Origin: a virus
Taxonomy: Duplodnaviria; Heunggongvirae; Uroviricota; Caudoviricetes
DNA: 16,814 bases
Direction: 5' to 3' (one strand)
IMG/VR virus record: IMGVR_UViG_2548876962_000006
Location: 1-16,814 of that record
Position 1 is the first letter of the stretch; each line of letters starts with the position of its first letter. Below, one piece after another: positions 6,410 through 14,904 of this stretch. The notes under the pieces are model-generated. The model worked only from the letters and a program-made list of their open reading frames with translations. It searched no databases and was not told the DNA's origin. The translations under genes were made by a program, and so were the position numbers.

Positions 6410-6476
6410 CACCACCGCGTTGAGCGCGGGCCGCAGGGCGCGTCATCATGAGCACAACGATATTCGAGGAGGCCGT

Positions 6477-7346
6477 ATGGCAGACAAGAAACCTGAACGA
6501 AAAAAATTCCGCGTGGCCGTTTCCGGTACGACCTCAGACGGGCGCGAAATCTGTGGCGATATGCTGAAAGCTGCCGCCGCCAGTTATGACCCGTCCGTCT
6601 ACGGTGCACGTGTGAACGTGGAGCACATCCTTTCACCGCACCCGGACAGCGCCTTCGCGGCGATGGGGGATGTGGTGGCACTGAGCGCAGAGGACATCAC
6701 TGACGGGCCGCTGGCGGGGCGCACGGCGCTGTATGCCGAAATTGAACCCACCGGACGCATGAAGAAACTGCTGGATGACGGCAAAAAGATTTATGCCAGC
6801 GTCGAGCTTTACCCGCAGTCATTCATCACGGGCGGTCCGTATCTTCAGGGACTGGCGATGACCGACAGCCCGGCAAGTCTTGGCACTGAGCGTCTGCAGT
6901 TTGCCGCACAACAGCGCGCGCAGGTGATGGCGTTTAACAATCAGCAGTGCGAGCCGCCACTGTTCACCGATGCCATTGAGGCTGAAATTATCGCCCTGAA
7001 CCAGCGCCAGAACGACGAAGGCGTTCAGTGGTTCGCGCGTGTCATGAACCTTATCAGCGGCGGGCGTAAAACGGACGGCGAACAGTTTGCGCAGATGCGT
7101 GACGTTGTGGAGCGCGTGGCCTCTGCGCACGCTGACCTGCTTGACCGTTTCAACACACAGGAACGCCAGCGCGACGAAGACCGCGCACAAGTCACCCGCC
7201 TGACCCGCGAACTGACCACGCTGCGTACACAGCTGCAGGCACAGGACGGCGACCCGCATCAGCGTTTCTCCGCAACGGGCACTGACACACCTGTTCACAC
7301 TGGCGTAACCGGCGGCGGTATTGCTTACACCGCCTGTGATTTCTGA
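6477..7346 (+). CDS. O: Capsid scaffolding protein (P2 gpO homologue)
   Basis: ATG 6477 preceded by GAGGAGG at 6466-6472. The 289-aa product matches P2 gpO (about 284 aa) in size and in position upstream of the major capsid gene. Confidence 0.85.
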   Translation: MADKKPERKKFRVAVSGTTSDGREICGDMLKAAAASYDPSVYGARVNVEHILSPHPDSAFAAMGDVVALSAEDITDGPLAGRTALYAEIEPTGRMKKLLDDGKKIYASVELYPQSFITGGPYLQGLAMTDSPASLGTERLQFAAQQRAQVMAFNNQQCEPPLFTDAIEAEIIALNQRQNDEGVQWFARVMNLISGGRKTDGEQFAQMRDVVERVASAHADLLDRFNTQERQRDEDRAQVTRLTRELTTLRTQLQAQDGDPHQRFSATGTDTPVHTGVTGGGIAYTACDF

Positions 7347-7355
7347 GGATTAACC

Positions 7356-8417
7356 ATGAACCTGACTCTTTCATCCACCACCCGCGGCGCTCTGGCGATG
7401 TACATGCAGCAGCAGGCGCGCATGAACAATGTTTCTCCTGCTGCGCTTGCCCAGCGTTTCAACGTTCAGCCCGCCGTGCAGCAGCGCCAGGAAAACGCCA
7501 TTCAGCTGAGCGACGAGCTGCTGCAAAAAATCAACGTCATCGGTGTGACCGACCAGAAAGGCGAAAAAGTCCTGATCGGCATCAACGGTCCGTCCGCCAG
7601 TGTGAACACCAGTACAAGCGAGCGCCGCGAGCCGGCATCACTCCACGAGCTGACGGCACGCCAGTACGCCTGCGAGCAAATCAACTACGACACGTTCATC
7701 AGCTACGCGCAACTGGACGCGTGGTCCGCACACCCGGATTTTCAGGCACGGGTCAGCGCGCAGATTGCCCGCCGTATCGCCCTTGACCGCATCATGATTG
7801 GTTTCAACGGCACGTCCCGCGCCGTGAAGTCCGACCGCAGCAGTAATCCGCTGTTGCAGGACTGCGCCGTGGGCTGGCTGGAAAGCATCCGCCAGAATGC
7901 AGCCCAGCGCGTGATGTCTGATGTCACCATTACGGCACGCGATATGAACAACGCCGTCACCCACAAAGGCAAGTACAACAACCCGGACGCGCTGGTACAG
8001 GATGCGCGCTCATCCCTGCTGGACGAGTGGTACAAGGATTCATCCGACCTTGTGGTGATGATGGGACGCGACCTGTTCAACACGCTGCGCCTGCCGCTCA
8101 TTAACGCCATGAGTGCCGCCGCGCCGAACACGGAACTGATGGCCGGTCAGCTGATTACCTCCTCCCGCCTGATTGGTGGTCTGCCGGTATATCTCGCGCC
8201 GTTCTTCCCGGCAGATGCACTGCTCATCACCTCGTTCGACAACCTGTCCATCTACTACCAGGTGGGGGCATTGCGTCGTCTGATGCGTGAAGAGCCGGAC
8301 TACAACCGCATCGCAACCTATCAGTCCTCCAGCGATGCCTGGGTGGTGGAAGACTTCGGCAAATGCGCCCTTATCACGGGGCTGAAACTGGCTGATGAAA
8401 GTAATCACGAAGACTGA
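7356..8417 (+). CDS. N: Major capsid protein (P2 gpN homologue)
   Basis: 353-aa ORF (P2 gpN is about 357 aa) between scaffold and small terminase; RBS GAGGA upstream of ATG 7356. Confidence 0.85.
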   Translation: MNLTLSSTTRGALAMYMQQQARMNNVSPAALAQRFNVQPAVQQRQENAIQLSDELLQKINVIGVTDQKGEKVLIGINGPSASVNTSTSERREPASLHELTARQYACEQINYDTFISYAQLDAWSAHPDFQARVSAQIARRIALDRIMIGFNGTSRAVKSDRSSNPLLQDCAVGWLESIRQNAAQRVMSDVTITARDMNNAVTHKGKYNNPDALVQDARSSLLDEWYKDSSDLVVMMGRDLFNTLRLPLINAMSAAAPNTELMAGQLITSSRLIGGLPVYLAPFFPADALLITSFDNLSIYYQVGALRRLMREEPDYNRIATYQSSSDAWVVEDFGKCALITGLKLADESNHED

Positions 8418-8466
8418 TTTATCTGAACCACGGGCGGGCGCTGACCGCCCGTAAGAGGAGAGAACA

Positions 8467-9279
8467 ATGCTGACACCGGCACAGGCGCATTTTCAGCGCA
8501 CGATGGCACAACGCGCCGGACTGACCGATGACAGTCAGTCACAGACAGTGCGCACGGCTCACGAACAAATCCTGCACCGTCTGCGACTGGCACAGGCACG
8601 ACTGAAAGGCATTCAGTCAAAGGCGGCGAAAGCGGAACTGAAAAAGACGCTGCTGCCGGATTTTTCCGGCTGGATTGACGGCACGCTGGAGAGCGACAGC
8701 GGACGCCAGGATGAGGTGATTGTCACCCTCATGGTCTGGGCCGTTGACTGTGGTGATTTGCCGCTGGCGCTGCGTATCGGTGAGTACGTGGTGCGCCATA
8801 ACCTCAGCACACCGGACAGCTTCGGGCGCGATGCCGCCACGCTGCTGACAGAGGAAATCTGTAACCCGGTGCTGACGCTGGCAGGCACTGACCAGGACGC
8901 GGATTTGTCCGGGTACATCGCCCCGCTGGATACCCTCTGGACAATCGTCACCAACCGGGACATGCCGGATGAGGTTCGCGCCAAACTCTGCAAGGCGCGC
9001 GCGTTTTCCCGTCGTGCTCTGACAGATGCAGACAGTGTGACCCTGTCGCTGAAACTGCTGCGCGAAGCGATGCACCTGAACCCGAACGCGGGCGTGAAGC
9101 GCGAGATTGCCACGCTGTCCCGCGCGGTAAAAAAGCTGACCAGCAGTGATGGCGGGGAGAACAACGCGGAAAACAAAAGCACCGCGAAAACCGCCACCAC
9201 GAAAACCGCGACGAAAAAGGCAGGCAAAAAGAGCGCCACAAAAGCCACTGCCACACGGAAAAGCAAAAAATCCGCGTGA
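8467..9279 (+). CDS. M: Terminase small (endonuclease) subunit (P2 gpM homologue)
   Basis: Similarity to P2 gpM as recalled (LLPDFSGW...; ...DMPDEVRAKL...; AGVKREI...), with a Lys/Ala/Thr-rich basic C-terminal tail as in gpM. RBS GAGGAGAG upstream. Confidence 0.85.
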   Translation: MLTPAQAHFQRTMAQRAGLTDDSQSQTVRTAHEQILHRLRLAQARLKGIQSKAAKAELKKTLLPDFSGWIDGTLESDSGRQDEVIVTLMVWAVDCGDLPLALRIGEYVVRHNLSTPDSFGRDAATLLTEEICNPVLTLAGTDQDADLSGYIAPLDTLWTIVTNRDMPDEVRAKLCKARAFSRRALTDADSVTLSLKLLREAMHLNPNAGVKREIATLSRAVKKLTSSDGGENNAENKSTAKTATTKTATKKAGKKSATKATATRKSKKSA

Positions 9280-9402
9280 AATTCAGCTTTCACGCATAAC
9301 GACTTCGCCCCGGCGACAGGCGGCGCGGACGGTCACCTGGTTTTTAACTCCGCGACCTTCTGACCGTTCGCCCACCGCCTGATTTTTTTACGGAGGCTCG
9401 TC

Positions 9403-9897
9403 ATGAGCATGATTGCAAAACCCGGTATCACTGCCGCGACGGAGGATGTCGCGGACACGGACGACGGTGATGCACGCATCACCACGGACGACTTCTGGCC
9501 GGAGACAGAACTTCAGGCGCTGCGCCTTGCCGTTCGCCTGCCCGGTCGCACCACCACGTCACGTCTGATGCACGCGGCAACCGAAGCCGTGGCACACGTC
9601 ACCGGAGAGCTGCGCAACTGGCAGGCGCAGCAGATGAATGACGGATACAGCACGCTGGCGGACGTTCCGGCCTCCCGCGTGAACGGCGAAAGTGTCAACG
9701 TGCACCGCTTCCGCCTTGCGGTGTATGCCGCCACCCGCGCCCTGATACTGGAGCGCGTGCGCGATGTGGATACCACTGAACAGGGCGACCGGAAAGCGGA
9801 CGCACTGGAAGCCCAGACCGGCGACCTCTGGCGCGACGTGCGCTGGGCCATTGCCGATATTCAGGGCGCACCGCGCATTTTTGCGAGGCTGTGCTGA
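9403..9897 (+). CDS. L: Head completion/stabilisation protein (P2 gpL homologue)
   Basis: 164-aa ORF at the gpL position; GGAGG RBS; stop overlaps the start of X. Confidence 0.8.
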   Translation: MSMIAKPGITAATEDVADTDDGDARITTDDFWPETELQALRLAVRLPGRTTTSRLMHAATEAVAHVTGELRNWQAQQMNDGYSTLADVPASRVNGESVNVHRFRLAVYAATRALILERVRDVDTTEQGDRKADALEAQTGDLWRDVRWAIADIQGAPRIFARLC

Positions 9898-10097
9898 TGA
9901 AGGTGAAGGCATTACAGGGCGACACCGTTGACCTGCTGTGCTTCCGGCACTACGGCACCACGCAGGGCGTGACCGAAAAGGTGCTGGCCGCCAATCCGGG
10001 GCTGTGCGGACAGATTTTTCTGGAAGCCGGACAGGAAGTGGAATTACCGGAGCAGGAAGAGAAAAAAACACAGGAGACGGTGCAGTTATGGGATTAG
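9897..10097 (+). CDS. X: Tail protein X (LysM-like, P2 gpX homologue)
   Basis: MKVKALQGDTVDLLCFRHYGTTQGVTEKVLAANPGL closely parallels P2 gpX (MKTFALQGDTLDAICVRYYGRTEGVVETVLAANPGL, recalled). ATG 9897 overlaps the L stop. Confidence 0.85.
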   Translation: MKVKALQGDTVDLLCFRHYGTTQGVTEKVLAANPGLCGQIFLEAGQEVELPEQEEKKTQETVQLWD

Positions 10098-10381
10098 GTT
10101 TTTTTCGCAGTATTTACGACCACATCGCCTTCGCCGCCTCCGTTTCTGCGGTCACGATTGGCGCAATGACCATCAGTGAAAAAATCGCACTGGCCGGGCT
10201 GCTGCTGGGTGCGCTGTCTCTCTTTCAGGGCTGGCTTCACCGCCGCCGCATGGAGCGTGCACAGGTCCGCCGCAATGCGCTGATTGCACAGATTCTGGCG
10301 CAGGCCGGAACGCGCGGGCTTCATGAAAGTGAACAACGGGCGCTTGCCGCACTGCAACGGGATAACGATGAAAAACATTAA
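10088..10381 (+). CDS. Holin, two predicted TMDs (class II-like; possible pinholin)
   Basis: 97-aa product with two hydrophobic helices (AFAASVSAVTIGAMTI; IALAGLLLGALSLF) and a charged C-terminal tail. It sits immediately upstream of, and overlaps, the endolysin gene. Confidence 0.7.
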   Translation: MGLGFFRSIYDHIAFAASVSAVTIGAMTISEKIALAGLLLGALSLFQGWLHRRRMERAQVRRNALIAQILAQAGTRGLHESEQRALAALQRDNDEKH

Positions 10382-10910
10382 GCGATATGCCGCCGCCGTG
10401 ATTGTGGCGCTGGGTGTCTCGCTGGCTCCCGAAGCACTGCGCACCTCACAGGAGGCGCAGATAAAAATTGCCACGTGGGAAGACTGCCGCGCCACACCCT
10501 ACACGGACATCGCGGGTGTTGCCACCGTGGGCTGCGGCTCCACGGGGAACGTACAGAAACACCTGTACAGCGAACAGGAGGTGGCCCGCCGCTGGGTGAA
10601 TGACATGCAGCGGGCGGAGAACTGTATTAACCAGAATTTTCAGGGGGCAGCCATGCCGCAGTCGGCCTTCGAGGCGATGACGGATGCGGCCTTCAATCTG
10701 GGCTGTTCCGGCCTGATGTGGTTTAAGGACCGCAACGGAAAGCGCCAGCGCACCACCATCTGGAAACAGGCACAGACGCATAACTGGGCGCTGATGTGCA
10801 CCCGCCTCACGGATTTTGTGAATGCGGGCGGGAAGCGCAGTCAGGGACTGGTTAACCGCCGCAGCGATTTTCGCACCTGGTGTCTGCGGGATGTGGAGAA
10901 ACCGAAGTGA
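10368..10910 (+). CDS. Endolysin, GH24 T4-lysozyme-like muramidase with an N-terminal SAR-like hydrophobic segment
   Basis: Catalytic E-x8-D-x5-T triad is present (WEDCRATPYTDIAGVAT). N-terminal KRYAAAVIVALGVSLAPEAL is consistent with a signal-arrest-release domain. The ATG overlaps the holin 3' end. It does not resemble P2 gpK. Confidence 0.8.
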   Translation: MKNIKRYAAAVIVALGVSLAPEALRTSQEAQIKIATWEDCRATPYTDIAGVATVGCGSTGNVQKHLYSEQEVARRWVNDMQRAENCINQNFQGAAMPQSAFEAMTDAAFNLGCSGLMWFKDRNGKRQRTTIWKQAQTHNWALMCTRLTDFVNAGGKRSQGLVNRRSDFRTWCLRDVEKPK

Positions 10911-11353
10911 GACTGACCACCGCCGCCGTTGTCGCCCTGTTTTCAGGGGCGCTGTATCTGGTGTCGCTGCGTCTGGCCTGGCAGGCAGGGCATGAACGGG
11001 CACGTCGTGAATATCACGAACAGGCGCTGGCGGGAACGAATGCCGCCGTGGATGCACTTCATGCAGAACTCCGGGGCATCAGCGGCCTGCTGGCGCAGGT
11101 CCGCGCCGCAGAGCAGCACCGGAATCAGGAAGGAGAAAAACGCCGTGAAGAGATACGCAACGCACTCCGGGAAAATCCGTGCGCGGCTGCTGCTGTGCCT
11201 GCCGCTGTTGCTGACCGCCTGCAACAGCGCGCCGCGACCCGTCGTGGTCACTCAGACGCAGCACGCACCGCTGCCGGAAAGTCTGACACAGCCAACGCCG
11301 GTCCCCTCCCTGCCCCGACCGCTGACGTGGGGCGGACTGGCCGTCTGGAGTGA
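10907..11353 (+). CDS. lysB: i-spanin (Rz/LysB-like inner-membrane spanin subunit)
   Basis: GTG 10907 with GGAG 8 nt upstream, overlapping the endolysin stop. N-terminal TMD (TTAAVVALFSGALYLVSL) followed by a charged coiled-coil periplasmic region. An o-spanin gene starts within it in the +1 frame. Confidence 0.6.
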   Translation: MRLTTAAVVALFSGALYLVSLRLAWQAGHERARREYHEQALAGTNAAVDALHAELRGISGLLAQVRAAEQHRNQEGEKRREEIRNALRENPCAAAAVPAAVADRLQQRAATRRGHSDAARTAAGKSDTANAGPLPAPTADVGRTGRLE

Positions 11354-11438
11354 CAGGCTGCTGGACGCGCTGGAGAGCTGCAACGCCGACAAGGCAGCCA
11401 TTAAAGCAACCGAACAACAACGCCGGATGCGACCGTAA
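11145..11438 (+). CDS. lysC: o-spanin (Rz1/LysC-like outer-membrane lipoprotein), overlapping the 3' part of the i-spanin gene
   Basis: GTG 11145 with AGGAG at 11131-11135. Lipoprotein signal with lipobox LLTAC followed by a Pro-rich mature part. Overlapping architecture as for P2 lysB/lysC. Confidence 0.65.
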   Translation: MKRYATHSGKIRARLLLCLPLLLTACNSAPRPVVVTQTQHAPLPESLTQPTPVPSLPRPLTWGGLAVWSDRLLDALESCNADKAAIKATEQQRRMRP

Positions 11439-11447
11439 GGAGAAGTC

Positions 11448-11930
11448 ATGCTGAAAATGAACCGTCTGCGCGAAGCCCTCACAGCCTCATCCCGGTGGTG
11501 TCGCGCGAATCCGGAAAAACTCACCGTGTTTGCAGAAAGCGGAAGTATTGAGACCACAGGTGAAACCCCGACGTTTGTCTACCGTTACACGCTCGTGGCC
11601 TTCGTTATGGATTTTCCGGGACACATCGACGAGCTGATGCTGCCGCTGATTGTCTGGCTCATGCACAACCAGCCGGATTTGCTGCTTAACCCGGAAAAAA
11701 ACCAGGACGTTAAGTTTTCCGTTGCTGTCAATGACGACGACAGCACCGACCTGTTACTGGAGATTCCCGTGCGCGAGCGCGTGAAAGTCTGCCGCAATGA
11801 ACGGGGTGAACTGTATCCGGTGCACCTGCCGGAACCCCGCCCGCCTGCCGCACTGACGGGCGCATGGGGGGGGCTGATTGTTGAGGATGTGACCTTTAAG
11901 GATTTGACGGATGAACACGACGACGCATGA
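11448..11930 (+). CDS. R: Tail completion protein (P2 gpR homologue)
   Basis: AAGGAG RBS. MLKMNRLREALTASSRWCRANPEKL... parallels the P2 gpR N-terminus as recalled; 160 aa against about 155 aa in P2. Confidence 0.8.
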   Translation: MLKMNRLREALTASSRWCRANPEKLTVFAESGSIETTGETPTFVYRYTLVAFVMDFPGHIDELMLPLIVWLMHNQPDLLLNPEKNQDVKFSVAVNDDDSTDLLLEIPVRERVKVCRNERGELYPVHLPEPRPPAALTGAWGGLIVEDVTFKDLTDEHDDA

Positions 11931-12549
11931 AACGGACGCGGTTTTTCGCGACATCCTGAGCGGGCTTTCCGCCGCCGGACGGGCACGCACGGCGCGGGCT
12001 GTCGGGCAGGCGCTGCGCCGGAGCCAGCAGGCGCGCATCCGCGCACAGAAGAACGCAGACGGTTCGCCGTATCCGGCACGAAAACGGCAGGTGATGCACA
12101 CCCGTCGTGAAGTGAAATTTGTGTGGAACGGCGAGGTCCGCACGCTGCGCCAGTGGGGACACAAGCGTTACCGGAAAGGCCGCGCCATTATCGGGCGCGA
12201 CCCTGACCGTGGCGGTGCGCTGAGGACGTTTTACCGCGATGATATTGAGCGATACATCGCGGTATCGTCCATGTCTGCCCGCCAGACCAGCAAAAAAAAC
12301 ACGCCGATGTTCGCGCGTCTTCGCACATACCGCTGGTTAAAAATGCGCTCAGATGCGGAAGGCGCTGTTGTGGGCTTCGATGGCCTGGCTGCGCGGATTG
12401 CCCGCGTGCATCAGGCAGGGTTACGCGACGAGGTGGCTCCGGGCGTGATGACCACCTACCCGGTGCGTGAACTGCTGGGTATAACCGCAGCCGACGAACG
12501 CCTGGTATATGACACGATTATCCGCTCCCTGAGGAGTGCGGCACGATGA
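11911..12549 (+). CDS. S: Virion morphogenesis / tail completion protein (P2 gpS-like), longer than P2 S
   Basis: Conserved gpS-like segments (RIRAQKNADGSPYPARK...; VVGFDGLAARIARVHQAGL...; RELLGIT...). The start overlaps the 3' end of R and the stop overlaps the V start. 212 aa against about 150 aa suggests internal insertions. Confidence 0.7.
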   Translation: MNTTTHETDAVFRDILSGLSAAGRARTARAVGQALRRSQQARIRAQKNADGSPYPARKRQVMHTRREVKFVWNGEVRTLRQWGHKRYRKGRAIIGRDPDRGGALRTFYRDDIERYIAVSSMSARQTSKKNTPMFARLRTYRWLKMRSDAEGAVVGFDGLAARIARVHQAGLRDEVAPGVMTTYPVRELLGITAADERLVYDTIIRSLRSAAR

Positions 12550-13127
12550 CAGCGGAAATCATGCGACTGCTTGCAAACATCATCCGTACGGGCGTGATTT
12601 TTGCCGTGGACGAAACCACGTGGCGCGTTCGTGTGCGCAGCGGAGAGCTGGAAACCGACTGGCTGCGCTGGAACACACCACGCGCGGGCGCGTTCAGCGT
12701 CTGGCTGCCGCCTGCCGTGGGCGAACAGGTCATGATTGCCTGTATCAATGGCGACCCCGTAACCGCTTCCGTTATCGGCGGTCTCTGGAGCAGTGAACAT
12801 CCGGCGCCCGGCAGCAGCCTGAAGGAAATCGTGGTCACAGCGCCTGACGGCGCGGTGTTCCGCTACGATGCGGACGCAGGTGCACTGAGCGCCAGCGGGA
12901 TCAGAACCGCCACCATTCAGGCCGGAACGGGCGTGACGCTGGACACCCCCACCGTCACCTGCACAAACCATCTGAAGGCGGCAACGATTGAGGTGACAGA
13001 AGGCGGAACCCTGAGCGGCAATATCTCGCACAGCGGCGGTAGCTTCACATCAAACGGTGTGACGGTGCACACGCACAAACACAGTGGCGTGAAGAGCGGC
13101 AGCGACAGCACAGGAGGCCCGCAATGA
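12546..13127 (+). CDS. V: Baseplate assembly protein V (spike/hub)
   Basis: 193-aa ORF at the gpV position, with a Gly/Ser/Thr-rich C-terminal region typical of spike proteins; ATGA overlap with S. Confidence 0.85.
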   Translation: MTAEIMRLLANIIRTGVIFAVDETTWRVRVRSGELETDWLRWNTPRAGAFSVWLPPAVGEQVMIACINGDPVTASVIGGLWSSEHPAPGSSLKEIVVTAPDGAVFRYDADAGALSASGIRTATIQAGTGVTLDTPTVTCTNHLKAATIEVTEGGTLSGNISHSGGSFTSNGVTVHTHKHSGVKSGSDSTGGPQ

Positions 13128-13489
13128 GTGCACGTTTTCTGGGGATGAACCCCGAGGCCACCGGCACACTCAGCGATACGGACCATCTGTGGAACAGCGT
13201 GAGGGATATTCTGTTAACGCCGCTCGCCAGCCGGGTGATGCGCCGGGAATACGGCAGCCTGCTGCCGGATTTGCTGGATGCACCGATGAATGCCACCACA
13301 CGCCTTCAGTGCATGAGCGCCGTGGTGATTGCCCTGACACAGTGGGAGCCACGCATCGCCCTGAATGCCGTTGACATTCAGTGGGAGGCGGGCGGAAAAG
13401 CCGTCATCACCCTCACCGGCACCCTGACAGAAAGCCTTGAAACCGTACAAAACACACTGACACTCAGGAGCGACAATGCCAGCCGTTGA
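13124..13489 (+). CDS. W: Baseplate assembly protein W (GPW/gp25 family)
   Basis: MSARFLGMNPE...VRDILLTPLASRVMRREYGSLLPDLLDAP matches the conserved GPW/gp25 N-terminal signature; 121 aa. Confidence 0.85.
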   Translation: MSARFLGMNPEATGTLSDTDHLWNSVRDILLTPLASRVMRREYGSLLPDLLDAPMNATTRLQCMSAVVIALTQWEPRIALNAVDIQWEAGGKAVITLTGTLTESLETVQNTLTLRSDNASR

Positions 13490-14372
13490 CCTGTCGGAAC
13501 TGCCGACACCACAGATTATTGAAACGCCGGATTTTGAGGTCATCCTGGCGGAGGTGAAAGAAAGCATGATTACGGCATTCCCGCAGATACAGCAGGCTGC
13601 TGTCCGGTCAGCCATGGCGCTGGAGTCCGAACCGCTCACGGTCATTGCCCAGACTTTTGCGCTGCGTGAGTTGCTGCATCGCCAGCGTATTAATGAGGGC
13701 GCAGCGGCCTGTATGCTGAGTCACTCCTCAGGCAGCAACCTGGATAACCTCGCCGCCAACATGAACACCGCGCGACTGGTCATCACTCCGGCCACGGACA
13801 CCACGGAGGCCGTCATGGAAAGCGACACAGCCCTGCGGCTGCGTGCGCAGTCTGCATTTGATGGCCTCAGCGTGGCCGGTCCCACCGGGGCGTATGAATA
13901 TTTTGCCCGCAGTGCCAGCGGTCAGGTGGCGGACGCGCGCGCAACCAGCCCCGCACCGGCGGAAGTGGTGGTGGCGGTGCTGTCCACAGAAGGCGACGGC
14001 ACGGCGACCGAAGAACTCCTGACAACGGTCAGAAATGCGCTGAATGCCGAAGACGTTCGCCCGGTCGGTGACCGTCTGACGGTACAGAGCGCAGAAATCA
14101 TCCGGTATCAGATTGATGCCCGGCTTTACTTTTATCCGGGGCCGGAGTCGGAACCCATCCTGAATGCTGCCAGAAATAACCTGAAAGCCTGGCTTGCTGA
14201 ACAAGGCAAAATCGGTCGCGATGTGGCGCTCTCCGCCATCATGGCCACGCTGCATGTTCAGGGCGTTCAGCGCGTGGAACTGACCAGCCCCGCACAGAAT
14301 ATTGTTATCAGCGATGTGCAGTCAGCGTACTGCACATCGTTTTCGGTCAGTGCAGGAGGCACCAATGAGTGA
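13476..14372 (+). CDS. J: Baseplate assembly protein J
   Basis: 298-aa ORF (P2 gpJ is about 302 aa) following W with overlap; conserved order W-J-I. Confidence 0.85.
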   Translation: MPAVDLSELPTPQIIETPDFEVILAEVKESMITAFPQIQQAAVRSAMALESEPLTVIAQTFALRELLHRQRINEGAAACMLSHSSGSNLDNLAANMNTARLVITPATDTTEAVMESDTALRLRAQSAFDGLSVAGPTGAYEYFARSASGQVADARATSPAPAEVVVAVLSTEGDGTATEELLTTVRNALNAEDVRPVGDRLTVQSAEIIRYQIDARLYFYPGPESEPILNAARNNLKAWLAEQGKIGRDVALSAIMATLHVQGVQRVELTSPAQNIVISDVQSAYCTSFSVSAGGTNE

Positions 14373-14898
14373 ACCGTCACTGCTCCCCCCTTCAGCCAGT
14401 GATTTCATGCGCTGCGTGGAACGGGGTACGACCCGGCTGTCAGCATTACCTGTCAGCCTTAACCAGCTCTGGGATCCTGACACCTGCCCGGTGGCTCTGT
14501 TGCCTTATCTGGCGTGGGCGCTGTCCGTGGACAGGTGGGACCGTGACTGGACGGAAGAAACAAAGCGCCAGGTGATCCGTGATGCTTGGGCAATCCACCG
14601 CCATAAGGGAACCATCAGCGCCATCAGGCGTGTGGTTGAACCCTTTGGCTATGTCATTAACGTGACGGAATGGTGGGAAACCGGCGATACGCCAGGGACT
14701 TTCCGGCTGGACATCTGTGTACTGGATGTGGGGATCACAGAGGAAATGTACACCGAAATGGAAAGACTCATTGCCGATGCCCGCCCGGTGAGCCGTCATC
14801 TGGTTGGCCTGAATATCATGCAGGATATTCAGGGATACCTGTATACCGGCGGCGTTGTGTATGACGGCGACGTTATTACGATTTATCCGCAGGAATAA
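14365..14898 (+). CDS. I: Baseplate/tail protein I
   Basis: ATG 14365 with GGAGG RBS, overlapping the J stop; 177 aa against about 176 aa for P2 gpI. Confidence 0.8.
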   Translation: MSEPSLLPPSASDFMRCVERGTTRLSALPVSLNQLWDPDTCPVALLPYLAWALSVDRWDRDWTEETKRQVIRDAWAIHRHKGTISAIRRVVEPFGYVINVTEWWETGDTPGTFRLDICVLDVGITEEMYTEMERLIADARPVSRHLVGLNIMQDIQGYLYTGGVVYDGDVITIYPQE

Positions 14899-14904
14899 GA
14901 CAGT

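Noticed and set aside
8613-9293. 226-aa minus-strand ORF opposite the small terminase gene (and 8617-9075)
   Set aside because: Fully antisense to gpM; low-complexity hydrophobic translation mirroring the Lys/Ala/Thr-rich tail of M; no RBS.
9280-9402. Possible terminator or promoter in the M-L intergenic region
   Set aside because: No convincing stem-loop with U-tract and no TGT-N12-ACA dyad found by eye; probably just a spacer with the L RBS.
10446-11057. 203-aa minus-strand ORF overlapping the endolysin and spanin genes
   Set aside because: Antisense to genes with clear catalytic and lipobox motifs; Pro/Arg/Ala-rich translation; not supported.
12300-12546. Search for a separate late promoter (P_V-type TGT-N12-ACA dyad) upstream of V
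   Set aside because: No dyad with correct 12-bp spacing seen in the 3' part of S (the nearest is TGT-N14-ACA at about 12308-12327); V appears translationally coupled to S. A promoter cannot be excluded without a matrix scan.
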